Positions 1 to 9,590 of a stretch of 64,000 bases of DNA are shown here, in pieces (position 1 is the first letter of the stretch; every line of letters starts with the position of its first letter). The notes beneath the pieces are model-generated. The model searched no databases and was not told the DNA's origin. It saw only the letters and a list, made by a program, of their open reading frames with translations. Origin of the DNA: an uncultured Thermoplasmata archaeon. GTDB lineage: Archaea > Thermoplasmatota > Thermoplasmata > UBA10834. The DNA lies in the NCBI GenBank assembly GCA_963719945.1, contig CAVRDX010000001.1, positions 160,001 through 224,000 on the forward strand, given 5' to 3'. The position numbers and the translations under genes are program-made.

Positions 1-378
1 TATACTTATATGCCAAACACTGGTATTTAGAGAATTAAGCATATGTATCGTGCTCATGTCACTGGCGCATGCGAGCATTGAGATCAATCTGAGATTCACT
101 TGGACGACCGTGAATTGGATCCGTTTCAGGAACGAAACTCAAGGGGAGTCTATGCAGTCGAAAATCAATTATCTAACGGCAAAGAATTCCACATTGAATT
201 TTGAAGCTTCCACCATTGAACACCAGCAAATCTCAGGTCAATATTCGGATCCTCGCACATTTTATGTCACGAATGAAGATGTCTGGCTGTCGGATGGATT
301 CGACCTTGATAGGTCAGCGAGAACCTTTTCACTTCCAGAGCTACTTAAACCCTTGAGATTATTCTCCGGTGATATCAG

Positions 379-837
379 ATGGTTCGAGACGCGGAGATCA
401 GGAATGCCGTGGAAAACGCAAGGTCGCTTCTCGGTGATCATGGATATGACTGCAGGACGACGGTGGAGGATTTCATCCTCTGGTTTCAAGCGGATACTCC
501 TTACGACCAAGGAGGCGAATTCGATTACGTCATTCGCAGTCCATTGCTGGTGGCTCACGAACTTGTGGAAATCGAGAGTGTGAAGGCGATGGGGCTGAAT
601 TTGACGAAGGATGTCATCCTCGAGAACGTACACAGGGTAGATGACGCGCATCTAACGGCGACGCAAACCGAGCTTGAACTTGCTGCATCTTTGAGGGACA
701 CTCCACACATTAGTGAGCGAATAAAGCACATCAGCATGTGGATAGAGGACTCTTCTGTAAGCGCGGAAAACAAGGCGAAGTACTTGGTATTGAAAGGAAG
801 AGCACTGGAGATTCTCGCGGATCTACAGCAGAAATGA
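379..837 (+). CDS. Hypothetical protein with HExxE...AHxxA motif; paralog of 56092-56544
   Basis: 152-aa ORF. PLLVAHELVEIE and VDDAHLTA align with PLLVVHELAEIE and VEEAHYKA in the paralog, which supports real coding. Confidence 0.8.
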   Translation: MVRDAEIRNAVENARSLLGDHGYDCRTTVEDFILWFQADTPYDQGGEFDYVIRSPLLVAHELVEIESVKAMGLNLTKDVILENVHRVDDAHLTATQTELELAASLRDTPHISERIKHISMWIEDSSVSAENKAKYLVLKGRALEILADLQQK

Positions 838-947
838 GAGCGGGTTCCGGCTATGATTCTAGCTGTCTTCGATATGTCACACGGAGTGAGGTCTCCACAA
901 CCGGTCCAATTATCTAGCTGCATTTCTATGAGCAGCTGATACTGTAT

Positions 948-1574
948 ATGACGGCCCCTTTAGGTGAGCATGGCCTTGTACCCACCAATTCAATGAGCTT
1001 GGTCGAGGCCTTGGAGAATGACCCTTTCTATGCTGCTATTACACGAGATTTCTCAGGCGATGATGTCCATCGACGCGAGGTCTTGGAAGCCTACTTTGAC
1101 TATTCGATGAAGGAAGGCATGAGGCTTGGATGCTGCACAATCCTGCCAGACGATGATAGAGGCGCAGCCATTTGGATCAAGCCAAGGCCTCAGAGACTTC
1201 TTTCAAAATCCAAGTCTGAGAAGCATAGATTCTTGGAATCAATACTTGGACGGGACGGACTTGCGGATTATCACAGGATCATTGGATTCATGTCACCTCG
1301 AGCGCGACAGGTTGTGGGGAGCAGCACTTGGTACCTATCTATCCTGGGGGTATCTCCCAACGCACAGAACCAAGGGCTCGGAAGACGGCTGCTGGAGCCT
1401 ACTCTCTACGAGGCGGACCGTGTAAACGCCGAATGCTACTTGGAGACATATTCGCCTCGCAGCATCTCGTTCTACGAACGACTCGGTTTCGAATGCGTGG
1501 TCTCGCATATAGAGCCAGTGACATCATCAGAATATTGGATATTGATCCGAACGCCAGCTGATACTCGAAAGTGA
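948..1574 (+). CDS. GNAT family N-acetyltransferase
   Basis: WYLSILGVSPNAQNQGLGRRLL (acetyl-CoA motif A) and YLET...FYERLGF. Confidence 0.9.
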   Translation: MTAPLGEHGLVPTNSMSLVEALENDPFYAAITRDFSGDDVHRREVLEAYFDYSMKEGMRLGCCTILPDDDRGAAIWIKPRPQRLLSKSKSEKHRFLESILGRDGLADYHRIIGFMSPRARQVVGSSTWYLSILGVSPNAQNQGLGRRLLEPTLYEADRVNAECYLETYSPRSISFYERLGFECVVSHIEPVTSSEYWILIRTPADTRK

Positions 1575-1649
1575 ATATTGACGGCGGATTGAATTCCTCA
1601 GATCCGATATATCCTTTGCCATCCATATTACGCCATAATTCAAATGATG

Positions 1650-1904
1650 TTATTGGCTCCTAAGTCTCCTAGACGTGCACTCCTTTTCTATGAGTTCGAA
1701 GCAGTCTATGCTGAGTTCGAATGATTTCTTGCCGGGAATTCCGTCGAGTGGGCATCGCATGCCGCGGAGTTTGCTCTGACAGAACATATGGGTCGTATCC
1801 CTGCCACCTTCCCTTACCTGGTTGGTGACAATCCAGCATTCGGATCTCAATAGACGCAAGGCCATGGTATTCACTTCTGAGCACTCAAGAAAACAAAGTG
1901 GCAT
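1650..1904 (-). CDS. Possible small Cys-rich hypothetical protein
   Basis: 84-aa ORF filling an otherwise empty gap, with GGGAG just upstream of the ATG. No recognisable domain. Confidence 0.3.
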   Translation of the reverse strand: MPLCFLECSEVNTMALRLLRSECWIVTNQVREGGRDTTHMFCQSKLRGMRCPLDGIPGKKSFELSIDCFELIEKECTSRRLRSQ

Positions 1905-2015
1905 ATCTCCCTGCTGTCGAGCCGGAGTCAGCTAGGCGGATATATCGTCTCATTGGCGACACGTGTCCACCCAACCAGACTGCCCAAAGCTCAGTGGTCA
2001 CAGGGTCCTCAGCTA

Positions 2016-2525
2016 TCAGTACATGAAATCCATATCATGCAGCTTGAGTCCGTCCTTCCATTTCCTATTCTTCAGGTCCATGAATAGTTCGACATGACCG
2101 ACGTTCATCATCCCATTCAATCTGAAGAAGTTGAGCGCGCTCAAGTTTCTCGCAACCGGTCTGACGCTCAGAAATGTAGCGTTGCGGTCCTTCGCCTCTC
2201 GAATAGCAATCTCCATGAACCCTTTCCCTATGCCCGTGCCACGACGATCCTTTTTGACGACAAGTGGTTCGATTGTGATTTCATCTTCTCCGATCTCGAG
2301 TCCCATGAGTCCGATGAGGTTCCCCTCTATCTCTGCTATCCAGATGTTCTCGGCACCTGTCTTGTCAAGGTGTTCGTCGAAGCATCTTCCAGGATCCTCA
2401 CCGCCTATGCTCGGATTGTCATAGATGATTCTGTGTGCTATTGTTAACTGTTCCCAGAGGTTGCGGCAACCTTCGAGGTCGCTGCTCTTGTATTTCCGGA
2501 ACTCTATCGGCTGTGAATCATCCAT
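2016..2525 (-). CDS. GNAT family N-acetyltransferase
   Basis: LVVKKDRRGTGIGKGFM motif A and N..ALNFF..NG. Confidence 0.9.
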   Translation of the reverse strand: MDDSQPIEFRKYKSSDLEGCRNLWEQLTIAHRIIYDNPSIGGEDPGRCFDEHLDKTGAENIWIAEIEGNLIGLMGLEIGEDEITIEPLVVKKDRRGTGIGKGFMEIAIREAKDRNATFLSVRPVARNLSALNFFRLNGMMNVGHVELFMDLKNRKWKDGLKLHDMDFMY

Positions 2526-2713
2526 ATGACTACCCTCATCATATCATTAATGACACCATTGCGATATGTGTGGGTCTATATCTTATGTGGGCTTTTCAGG
2601 ACTGTCTATGATGGGCTCTCTTTTGTCCCGAGGATATCATTGTATCAAATGACAAGCCTTGCTAGGACGGCTCTGATGCCTGCGTAATCGTGCTCATCCA
2701 TCACTTCGTTGGT

Positions 2714-4027
2714 TCATCCACCGTACTGCTTCGTAGTGTAGAAGTACGCCTGTAGCACAAGGTCCCATTCAGTATCATCGACGAAATCCAACCCGACGTT
2801 ATCGTATGCTCTGTCGAAAGAGTCCCAGTAGACCTGATAGATCCCTATCGACGGACATACGAACACTGAGAGGCCTGTGACGAGTCCGCGCATCCTCCAG
2901 CTCGCCCAATCATGGACAATGACTCTGTCAGCTGCTACTACAATCGCACCGCAGGCTTCCGAGACCTCTGGATGTGACTCTGCCGTGCTCTCTCCAAGCA
3001 ATGTGAACATGGTCATGATGTCCGGGTAGAACCAGGTGCCCATATTGTTCATCCACAGGGATACATCCGACTGCAGGGCGGCTGTTTTCAGATATTTGCC
3101 GAGGGAGTTATCCTTCGGCATCACAGCTTCCTTGAAATCGATGAACGCATCGATAAGTGGACCCAATGCATTCAGATCTATGACTGACAGGGAAGCGAAA
3201 TCCTGCATGTATGGGTAGAGCGTGGGCAGTGTATGGAGTGGTGCGGAGTACCACACTTCATAATCGTCCACAAGCTTGCATGCGAAATCCAATGGCTTTA
3301 TGTCAGGATTCAGGGAAAGCCCTGAGAGCATGTCTATGTAGTTCTGTCCATCGAACGGTACCCCGAGCTGCGAAGCAACCATGTATGATGCGGTCCCTCT
3401 CAATTCATAGGCGACTTCAACGATTCCGAGAGTGCATGCGTCGAGAGAGATGATATCTATCGATTCTCCGGTCTTGCCGATCGCGTCATTTATTCCCCTG
3501 CCCAGGTCATCAATGGACATCCAGACTTTTGGCAACTCAGAGTCAGGCAAACCCTCATCGGAGCATAGTCCGAGATACCCGTTCCCGTGGTTCTGGATCA
3601 TGAGCATGAAGTTGTCCGCTGAAAGAGTGGGCTCTGTCAAAGCGTACTGGATGAACGAACTCAGAGTGTCCGGCGAGGATGAGTTGATCTCCTCATAACT
3701 CCGGATCTCCACCCATCCCGTCTCTGTCAAAGTGCTCAGGTTCGCAGGCATCGTCAGCCTGTCGATGAAGACGCAGAGAGCCACATCCTCTCTGTTCGTG
3801 AGATAATCTATCCATAGTTGGACGAAGTAGTCCGTGTATTCGTCCAGGTTGTTGTCGCTGGCCCAATACATCGCTATCGTCCACTTCCTCGCATTATCCT
3901 CTTGATCGACATTCACTTGGTCGTCTGCGCGGCATGCGCCCACCATGATGGAAGCTACGATGATCACGGCGGTGGCGAAGACGGTCGCAACTCTACAATA
4001 CTCACTGCGAAATCCTACAGCTCTCAA
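2714..4027 (-). CDS. Secreted clostripain-family (peptidase C11) cysteine protease, copy 1
   Basis: Hydrophobic N-terminal signal, WTIAMYWASDNNL, catalytic NHG and LDAC, GLSVF near the C-terminus; TTG start. Confidence 0.88.
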   Translation of the reverse strand: MRAVGFRSEYCRVATVFATAVIIVASIMVGACRADDQVNVDQEDNARKWTIAMYWASDNNLDEYTDYFVQLWIDYLTNREDVALCVFIDRLTMPANLSTLTETGWVEIRSYEEINSSSPDTLSSFIQYALTEPTLSADNFMLMIQNHGNGYLGLCSDEGLPDSELPKVWMSIDDLGRGINDAIGKTGESIDIISLDACTLGIVEVAYELRGTASYMVASQLGVPFDGQNYIDMLSGLSLNPDIKPLDFACKLVDDYEVWYSAPLHTLPTLYPYMQDFASLSVIDLNALGPLIDAFIDFKEAVMPKDNSLGKYLKTAALQSDVSLWMNNMGTWFYPDIMTMFTLLGESTAESHPEVSEACGAIVVAADRVIVHDWASWRMRGLVTGLSVFVCPSIGIYQVYWDSFDRAYDNVGLDFVDDTEWDLVLQAYFYTTKQYGG

Positions 4028-4048
4028 CTCTGATTCCCCCCGAGCTAT

Positions 4049-4066
4049 CCGGTCAGACCTGACCGG
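4049..4066. promoter_or_regulatory. 8-2-8 inverted repeat upstream of clostripain copy 1
   Basis: CCGGTCAG-ac-CTGACCGG. Confidence 0.45.
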
Positions 4067-4176
4067 TTTCCCAACAAGTGATTGTCGCGCTGGTAGTTAA
4101 TTCTCGTGTAGGTCAGTGTGCAATCGAAGGACACATGTGTTCATTGCATCAGGGTGTTTGGAATCGTTCCCTAAAA

Positions 4177-4932
4177 TCAATCATAGTGGTTTGATAGCGG
4201 TTCCATGAGGTAGTTGATGAATCCTACTATCGATTGATCATCCGTCCAAAACGCGGTCATGTCTTCGATCTGTTTCTCTTCCCTATAATCGCTCGCGAAA
4301 AGGATGATCTTCTTGTCTGATTGAACAAACAATACTTTGGGAGGATGCATCTCTGTGAACTTCATCATGGCTTTTGGTTTCAGGATGGTTCCATATTCCT
4401 TGAATGTCTTGATCTTTTGAGGGTCCGGTGAGGCGAATCGGATTTTGATCTTCTTTTCCTTCGCCATCCTCCACAGGGCTTCAAAGTCAATCAATAGGTC
4501 CGGATATCCTGCGACCAGCATCTCCGATTTGGTGGAGTCTATCATGCGTTCCATTCTATCCTTGATTCTCCCTTTGCCCTTTATGGCCCAGATCCGGACG
4601 TCCGAAGTCCCCTGAGGTGGCGCGCACGCAAGCTCCTCCAGACCTTCTCGTGCGTCCTTGACTGCGCTCAATACTTCTGATTCGATCTTGGAGATTGCGA
4701 TTTTCGGGGGAACAGCCCTGAACCTCTTCGGTCTCCCAGTAGATGTCTCGATGATCCCCCGATGCTCCAGTCGATCTAGAGTCTCATAGATGGCAGATCT
4801 GGGAACTTCGGCAACCACGTGAATGTCGCTTACCCGCGCTTCGCCCAGCCTAGTCAGGGCCGAAAATACCTTGGCTTCATAGGTGGTTAGGCCGAGGGAG
4901 ATGAGTTTGTCAATAACTTTTTGATGTGTCAA
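4177..4932 (-). CDS. TrmB family transcriptional regulator
   Basis: LISLGLTTYEAKVFSAL...VPRSAIYETLDRLEHRG...GRPKRFRAVPP. Likely TTG start at 4932; the ORF track extends to 5052. Confidence 0.9.
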   Translation of the reverse strand: MTHQKVIDKLISLGLTTYEAKVFSALTRLGEARVSDIHVVAEVPRSAIYETLDRLEHRGIIETSTGRPKRFRAVPPKIAISKIESEVLSAVKDAREGLEELACAPPQGTSDVRIWAIKGKGRIKDRMERMIDSTKSEMLVAGYPDLLIDFEALWRMAKEKKIKIRFASPDPQKIKTFKEYGTILKPKAMMKFTEMHPPKVLFVQSDKKIILFASDYREEKQIEDMTAFWTDDQSIVGFINYLMEPLSNHYD

Positions 4933-4948
4933 TGTATCATACACTCGG

Positions 4949-4968
4949 ATATCTACAATTGTAGATAT
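4949..4968. promoter_or_regulatory. Perfect 20-bp palindrome, probable TrmB operator in the divergent trmB/MMPL promoter
   Basis: ATATCTACAATTGTAGATAT. Confidence 0.65.
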
Positions 4969-5051
4969 GAATGCGAAATACTTATATGTTAGTTTAGAAT
5001 TAACGACATTCTTGTTAGTACGACAATAACAACATAGATGAGAGTGCACCA

Positions 5052-8021
5052 ATGATATTCGAAAGGCTAGCTGACGGTGTGATACACCACCACAAGAAGA
5101 TACTCATCGCATGGATTGTAATCCTCGCGTTTGTTGTACCTGCAGTGCTCAAGGTCGATGAAGTCCTGGTCTATCAGGAATCAGATATGGTCGCTGGTGA
5201 CAAGGAATCCCTCATCGCCCAGGATATCATCAACGAGCAGTTCCCAACATCCGTCCCTAACAGTACTCTGATGATTGTCATAAGTGGGACAGATGTCACT
5301 GGCCCTGCCATGAGGGACTTCTGTCTGGACCTGGAATACAGCATCGCAACCGAGGACGGTCTCGCATACATGGAATCCATGACAACCGTATATTCGATCT
5401 ATACTGGCGCCATCACTGCTGCTGTTGTCGAAATGGGGCCGATGATGTATATCGTGGAATCAGAGGTCAATATGACGGCAAACCTCTTCTATGGTATACC
5501 TTCGCTCTATCTCAACAACTGGATATACTATACGAATACCAGCCTCGATATTCCATCCCGGGATGCTGAGGCATACTGGATCACTATCTCAACATTGGAC
5601 CTGATGCTCTCTGAAGAAGACGATGTTGCCAAGGCTACCACATATCAATACTTCTCACTGTTCGCGGACCGCTGGAATGCAACCTCAGAGAATATCTCAC
5701 TCGTGTCCGACCCGATGGCGCGGACGGAGGATGCGATAGCCTATGCTGCCCCTATCTTCATCGAAGGCATGGCACTTGCCGACGATGAGGCGGCCTTGAT
5801 GATGACTGCGGTCATGTACTCCTTCGATATCTCCACATTCTCGAACACCAGCATGATCCACTCATTCTCACTCTCGATGATATCTGGTCTCTCCGGAATC
5901 GAGAACATGACCTTCATCGAGGAGGTTTATTCACTAGGTCCGGAATACGATTATCCTGAGGCAGGTGCCCTAGCTGCCCAGATCGTTGCTGCTGGTTCAA
6001 TTTCCGACTATCCAATCACCATTCCCGAAGAGTATCTCTCAGGATTCGTAAGTCCGGACAATAGCACGATGCTCATTGTCATGTCATTCTCGAAGGATTC
6101 GAACTATCTTGAGGATGGCGAGAAGCCGATCATGCTGAATGTCGGTATTCTTAGAGACATGGTGTCTGAAGCGAAGTCCACATACCTTGACGATGACTAC
6201 AAGACATATGTCACAGGGGATGCGGCCATATCTTCGGATATGGAATCCTCGATGGGTAAAGAGATGATGCTGATCGAACCGATCACGATCATCCTCATAA
6301 TCGTACTCATGGGGGTGTTCTTCAGATCGGTGGTGGCCCAGTTCCTTCCTTTGGGCAGCGTGATGGTCGCATTGGGTGTGAGCCAGGCGATAGTGTTCGT
6401 AGTCGGTTCCCTCGTGGCTGACATCCATTACACTGTGGTGACCATGCTCTTCAGCATATTGATGGGCGTCGGCACCGACTATGCGATATTCATAGTCGCC
6501 AGGTACAGAGAGGAGCGGATAAAGGGACACAACCGGGAGGAAGCGGTCAGAACCTCGGTCACATGGGCTGGCGAGAGCATATCCACGAGCGGCGCGACCG
6601 TGATGATCTCATTCTTCGCCCTTTCCATCTCTGATTTCTCCATGATCAGGACCATGGGCCTCGTGCTCGGGATGGCGATCGGCATATCTCTGATTGTGGC
6701 GCTCACACTCGTGCCTTCCCTGCTCCTCCTGATGGGGAACAGGATATTCTGGCCCACTAGAGGGCAGCGTTGGAAGAAATTCGCCCAGAACGTCATGGCC
6801 AAGAGGGCCCAGGGCCATCGCGGCTACTTCCACAAGGCCGCGACATTCTCGATCAAGCACGCGAAGGTAGTCGTTTTAGTTGCCTTTCTCATCTCGGTGC
6901 CGACGACCTATGTGTTCCTCACAGCTGAGACGAGCTTCGATTTCATCAGCGGCATGTCATCAGGGGTCGAGAGCAACGAGGGCATAGTCGCGATGACAGA
7001 CGGTTTCGGTGCTGGCAGAATCATGCCCACGGAAATAGTGGTCGTGTTCGACTCGCCGGTGTACGCAGATGGCGATTTCGACTTAGATACGCTGGACGCA
7101 ATCGCGCTCATGACCTCTTCGTTGTCCTCTCTGGACAATGTGAAGCAGGTGACAGGGACCACTAACCCGAAGGTCTCTGCGATCGATTACAGGAACCTCA
7201 GTGCGTTGTCATCTGATTCGAGAGCCGCACAGGAGGCGCTGATGCTGGAGACAGTGGGTCTAGATAACAGCACCGTGCTGATCACGATCGTTCTCGAATC
7301 GGGACCGATGACTCCTGAATCGATCGCCACCATCGACGACATTCGGGCCTTGGTCTCGAACCTGCAGGAAGACGACCCTGCCCTTGAATCAACTGTCATA
7401 TATGTCGGCGGATCCAGTGCTGTGATCGCTGACCTGCAAAAGGATCTTGACCAGCAGTTCAGGGTGATGGAGATCGTCGTGGTCATAGGCATATTCATCG
7501 TTCTCTTAATCGTCCTAGGAGCGCTCCTACTGTCGCTGTTCGCCATAATATCGATCATGCTCAGCATCTCATGGGCGTTCGCTGCAACCGTAGGTCTCTT
7601 CGGCTATGGATTGGGAGAACCGATCCTATGGATCATCCCTCTGATCCTGTTCATCATGTTGATGGGGATCGGAATGGACTATAACGTCTTCATACTGACA
7701 AGGATCAGGGAAGAGATTCACAAAGGGAAGTCCGATCGTGACGCGATTGTCGAATCGCTGGATTGGACCGGCGGGATCATCACTGCACTTGCAGTGATCA
7801 TGGGCTCGGCCTTCGCCTTGATGATGATATCCAGCACCATGATGCTCAAGGAGATTGGCTTCGCCCTCGCTTTCGCAATCATGCTCGACGCGATGGTGGT
7901 GCGAACCTACATAGTCCCTGCGATGATGACATTGCTCGGCAAGTGGGGTTGGTGGGCACCGGGACCGCTTCAGAGGGAGAGACGAAAGGAGAAGACGTAC
8001 CGGTCGCTCAAGAACCAGTGA
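5052..8021 (+). CDS. MMPL/RND family transporter with large acidic extracellular domain
   Basis: Two membrane repeats with MGVGTDYAIFIVARYREE and MGIGMDYNVFILTRIREE; LDAMVVRTYIVPAMMTLLGKWGWW. Confidence 0.92.
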   Translation: MIFERLADGVIHHHKKILIAWIVILAFVVPAVLKVDEVLVYQESDMVAGDKESLIAQDIINEQFPTSVPNSTLMIVISGTDVTGPAMRDFCLDLEYSIATEDGLAYMESMTTVYSIYTGAITAAVVEMGPMMYIVESEVNMTANLFYGIPSLYLNNWIYYTNTSLDIPSRDAEAYWITISTLDLMLSEEDDVAKATTYQYFSLFADRWNATSENISLVSDPMARTEDAIAYAAPIFIEGMALADDEAALMMTAVMYSFDISTFSNTSMIHSFSLSMISGLSGIENMTFIEEVYSLGPEYDYPEAGALAAQIVAAGSISDYPITIPEEYLSGFVSPDNSTMLIVMSFSKDSNYLEDGEKPIMLNVGILRDMVSEAKSTYLDDDYKTYVTGDAAISSDMESSMGKEMMLIEPITIILIIVLMGVFFRSVVAQFLPLGSVMVALGVSQAIVFVVGSLVADIHYTVVTMLFSILMGVGTDYAIFIVARYREERIKGHNREEAVRTSVTWAGESISTSGATVMISFFALSISDFSMIRTMGLVLGMAIGISLIVALTLVPSLLLLMGNRIFWPTRGQRWKKFAQNVMAKRAQGHRGYFHKAATFSIKHAKVVVLVAFLISVPTTYVFLTAETSFDFISGMSSGVESNEGIVAMTDGFGAGRIMPTEIVVVFDSPVYADGDFDLDTLDAIALMTSSLSSLDNVKQVTGTTNPKVSAIDYRNLSALSSDSRAAQEALMLETVGLDNSTVLITIVLESGPMTPESIATIDDIRALVSNLQEDDPALESTVIYVGGSSAVIADLQKDLDQQFRVMEIVVVIGIFIVLLIVLGALLLSLFAIISIMLSISWAFAATVGLFGYGLGEPILWIIPLILFIMLMGIGMDYNVFILTRIREEIHKGKSDRDAIVESLDWTGGIITALAVIMGSAFALMMISSTMMLKEIGFALAFAIMLDAMVVRTYIVPAMMTLLGKWGWWAPGPLQRERRKEKTYRSLKNQ

Positions 8022-8222
8022 AGCTGCTTCGGAAGCACCCACTTCATCCATGATGGAGCGCATCGCCTCTTCGGATGAGATGATTGGTCCAATAAAGTGC
8101 AAATACAATCATTCAAAAACCTATTCATAACAAAATATGGAGGTTGTTTTTCCTCCGAACCATCCCATTTATTGGCCGATGGTACCGAACGCATCCGATG
8201 GAAAAATGCTCGTCAGATTCGC

Positions 8223-8257
8223 GTATGAAATGTATGATTAGTATGAATAGTGTATTA
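8223..8257 (+). promoter_or_regulatory. GTATGA direct repeats, probable operator of the AbrB-ABC operon
   Basis: GTATGA at 8223, 8232 and 8241 (9-bp period), plus GTATTA at 8252. Confidence 0.55.
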
Positions 8258-8289
8258 TAGCCCTTTGCGTTTATGAGGCCTAGATTGTC

Positions 8290-8532
8290 ATGTTCGGGAA
8301 ACCAGAACTTTTCGGGAGTGCAACTGTCGGAGAGCGTGGGCAGGTCGTATTGCCCGCTGAACTCAGGAAACGATTCGGCATCCAACCTGGGGACAAACTA
8401 TTGGTCCTTGCAGAATCGGCCCCTGATGGGATGTGGAGCGTGAGACTTGTCAAAGGCGATGTGCTCCAGAAGATGTTCACGAAGATGACGGAACATCTCG
8501 GTCAGATGATGTCAGAAAGCGAGAAGATCTGA
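8290..8532 (+). CDS. AbrB/MazE/SpoVT family DNA-binding protein
   Basis: ATVGERGQVVLPAELRKRFGIQPGDKL. Confidence 0.9.
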   Translation: MFGKPELFGSATVGERGQVVLPAELRKRFGIQPGDKLLVLAESAPDGMWSVRLVKGDVLQKMFTKMTEHLGQMMSESEKI

Positions 8533-8607
8533 GCAAGGTAACCTGCAATTGGATGATCGATGATTGGCACAGTCTCGGGTATTAATGATTACATCAAGGT
8601 GATTTGA

Positions 8608-9588
8608 TTGGCTAACAGTATTATCGAGGTCAAGGATCTGGAACATTCCTTCGGGGACTTCAAAGCCGTCGATGGGATAAGCTTCAATGTGGAGCAGGGC
8701 GAGATATTCTCGTTCCTAGGTCCGAATGGCGCCGGCAAGAGCACGACCATCAATGTCCTCACGACTCTGCTTTCATGTCAAGCAGGATCGGCGAAGGTCT
8801 GTGGTTTTGATGTCCGGACGAATCCACTTGATGTGCGCAAATGCATAGGGATTGTGTTCCAGGACGAAGTCCTGGATAGGGACATGACCGTAGGCGAGAC
8901 GCTGGAATTCCACGGCCGGATATACTCGATGCCCAAGGATCAGAGGCTCGCAAGGACGAAGGAACTCATCGAATTAGTTGAGTTGAAAGAGAAGGTAAAC
9001 GAGCGGACGAAGAATCTCAGTGGAGGGATGAAGCGACGGTTGGAGATCGCGCGTGGGCTCATGACACGACCTCGGGTTCTGTTCCTTGATGAGCCCACCA
9101 TCGGCCTTGACCCTCAAACCCGCCTTCGGATATGGGATTATATCAAGCGCATAAACGAGGAAGGTACGACGATCTTCCTCACCACACACTACATGGATGA
9201 GGCTGATTTGCTCAGTGACAGAATCGAGATCATAGATTATGGTAAGATCATCGCCTCCGGTACATCCGAGTCTCTGAAGAACACGCTGGGCAGCGACATG
9301 ATATATCTCGAGACAGAGGATGACACCAAGGCTGCAGAGATTGCGAGAAGAACTCTGAATGTTACTGAGGTAAAGCCCCTGTCGAATAAGGGACTCGAAC
9401 TCATACTCGATACGGACGGAAGCAAGGTCATGCCAATGATCCTCCGCTCGATAGAGGAGGAAGGTATCGTGATACAGAGCGTGAAGATGAAGAAACCTTC
9501 CCTGGACGATGTGTTCGTTCATTACACTGGCCGGGAGATACGCCATGAATCTGCTGAGAACGGCCTTCCCAGAAAAAGGAGGCATTAG
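8608..9588 (+). CDS. ABC exporter ATP-binding subunit (DrrA-like)
   Basis: Walker A GPNGAGKST, signature LSGGM, Walker B LFLDEPT, TTHYMDEA. Confidence 0.95.
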   Translation: MANSIIEVKDLEHSFGDFKAVDGISFNVEQGEIFSFLGPNGAGKSTTINVLTTLLSCQAGSAKVCGFDVRTNPLDVRKCIGIVFQDEVLDRDMTVGETLEFHGRIYSMPKDQRLARTKELIELVELKEKVNERTKNLSGGMKRRLEIARGLMTRPRVLFLDEPTIGLDPQTRLRIWDYIKRINEEGTTIFLTTHYMDEADLLSDRIEIIDYGKIIASGTSESLKNTLGSDMIYLETEDDTKAAEIARRTLNVTEVKPLSNKGLELILDTDGSKVMPMILRSIEEEGIVIQSVKMKKPSLDDVFVHYTGREIRHESAENGLPRKRRH

Positions 9589-9590
9589 AC

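Noticed and set aside
50-651. ORFs 50-583(+) and 262-651(-)
   Set aside because: They overlap 379-837, which is supported by a paralog, and show no protein-like motifs.
1690-1722. GAGTTCGAA repeated twice
   Set aside because: Only two short copies with no spacer pattern; not a CRISPR or a meaningful array.
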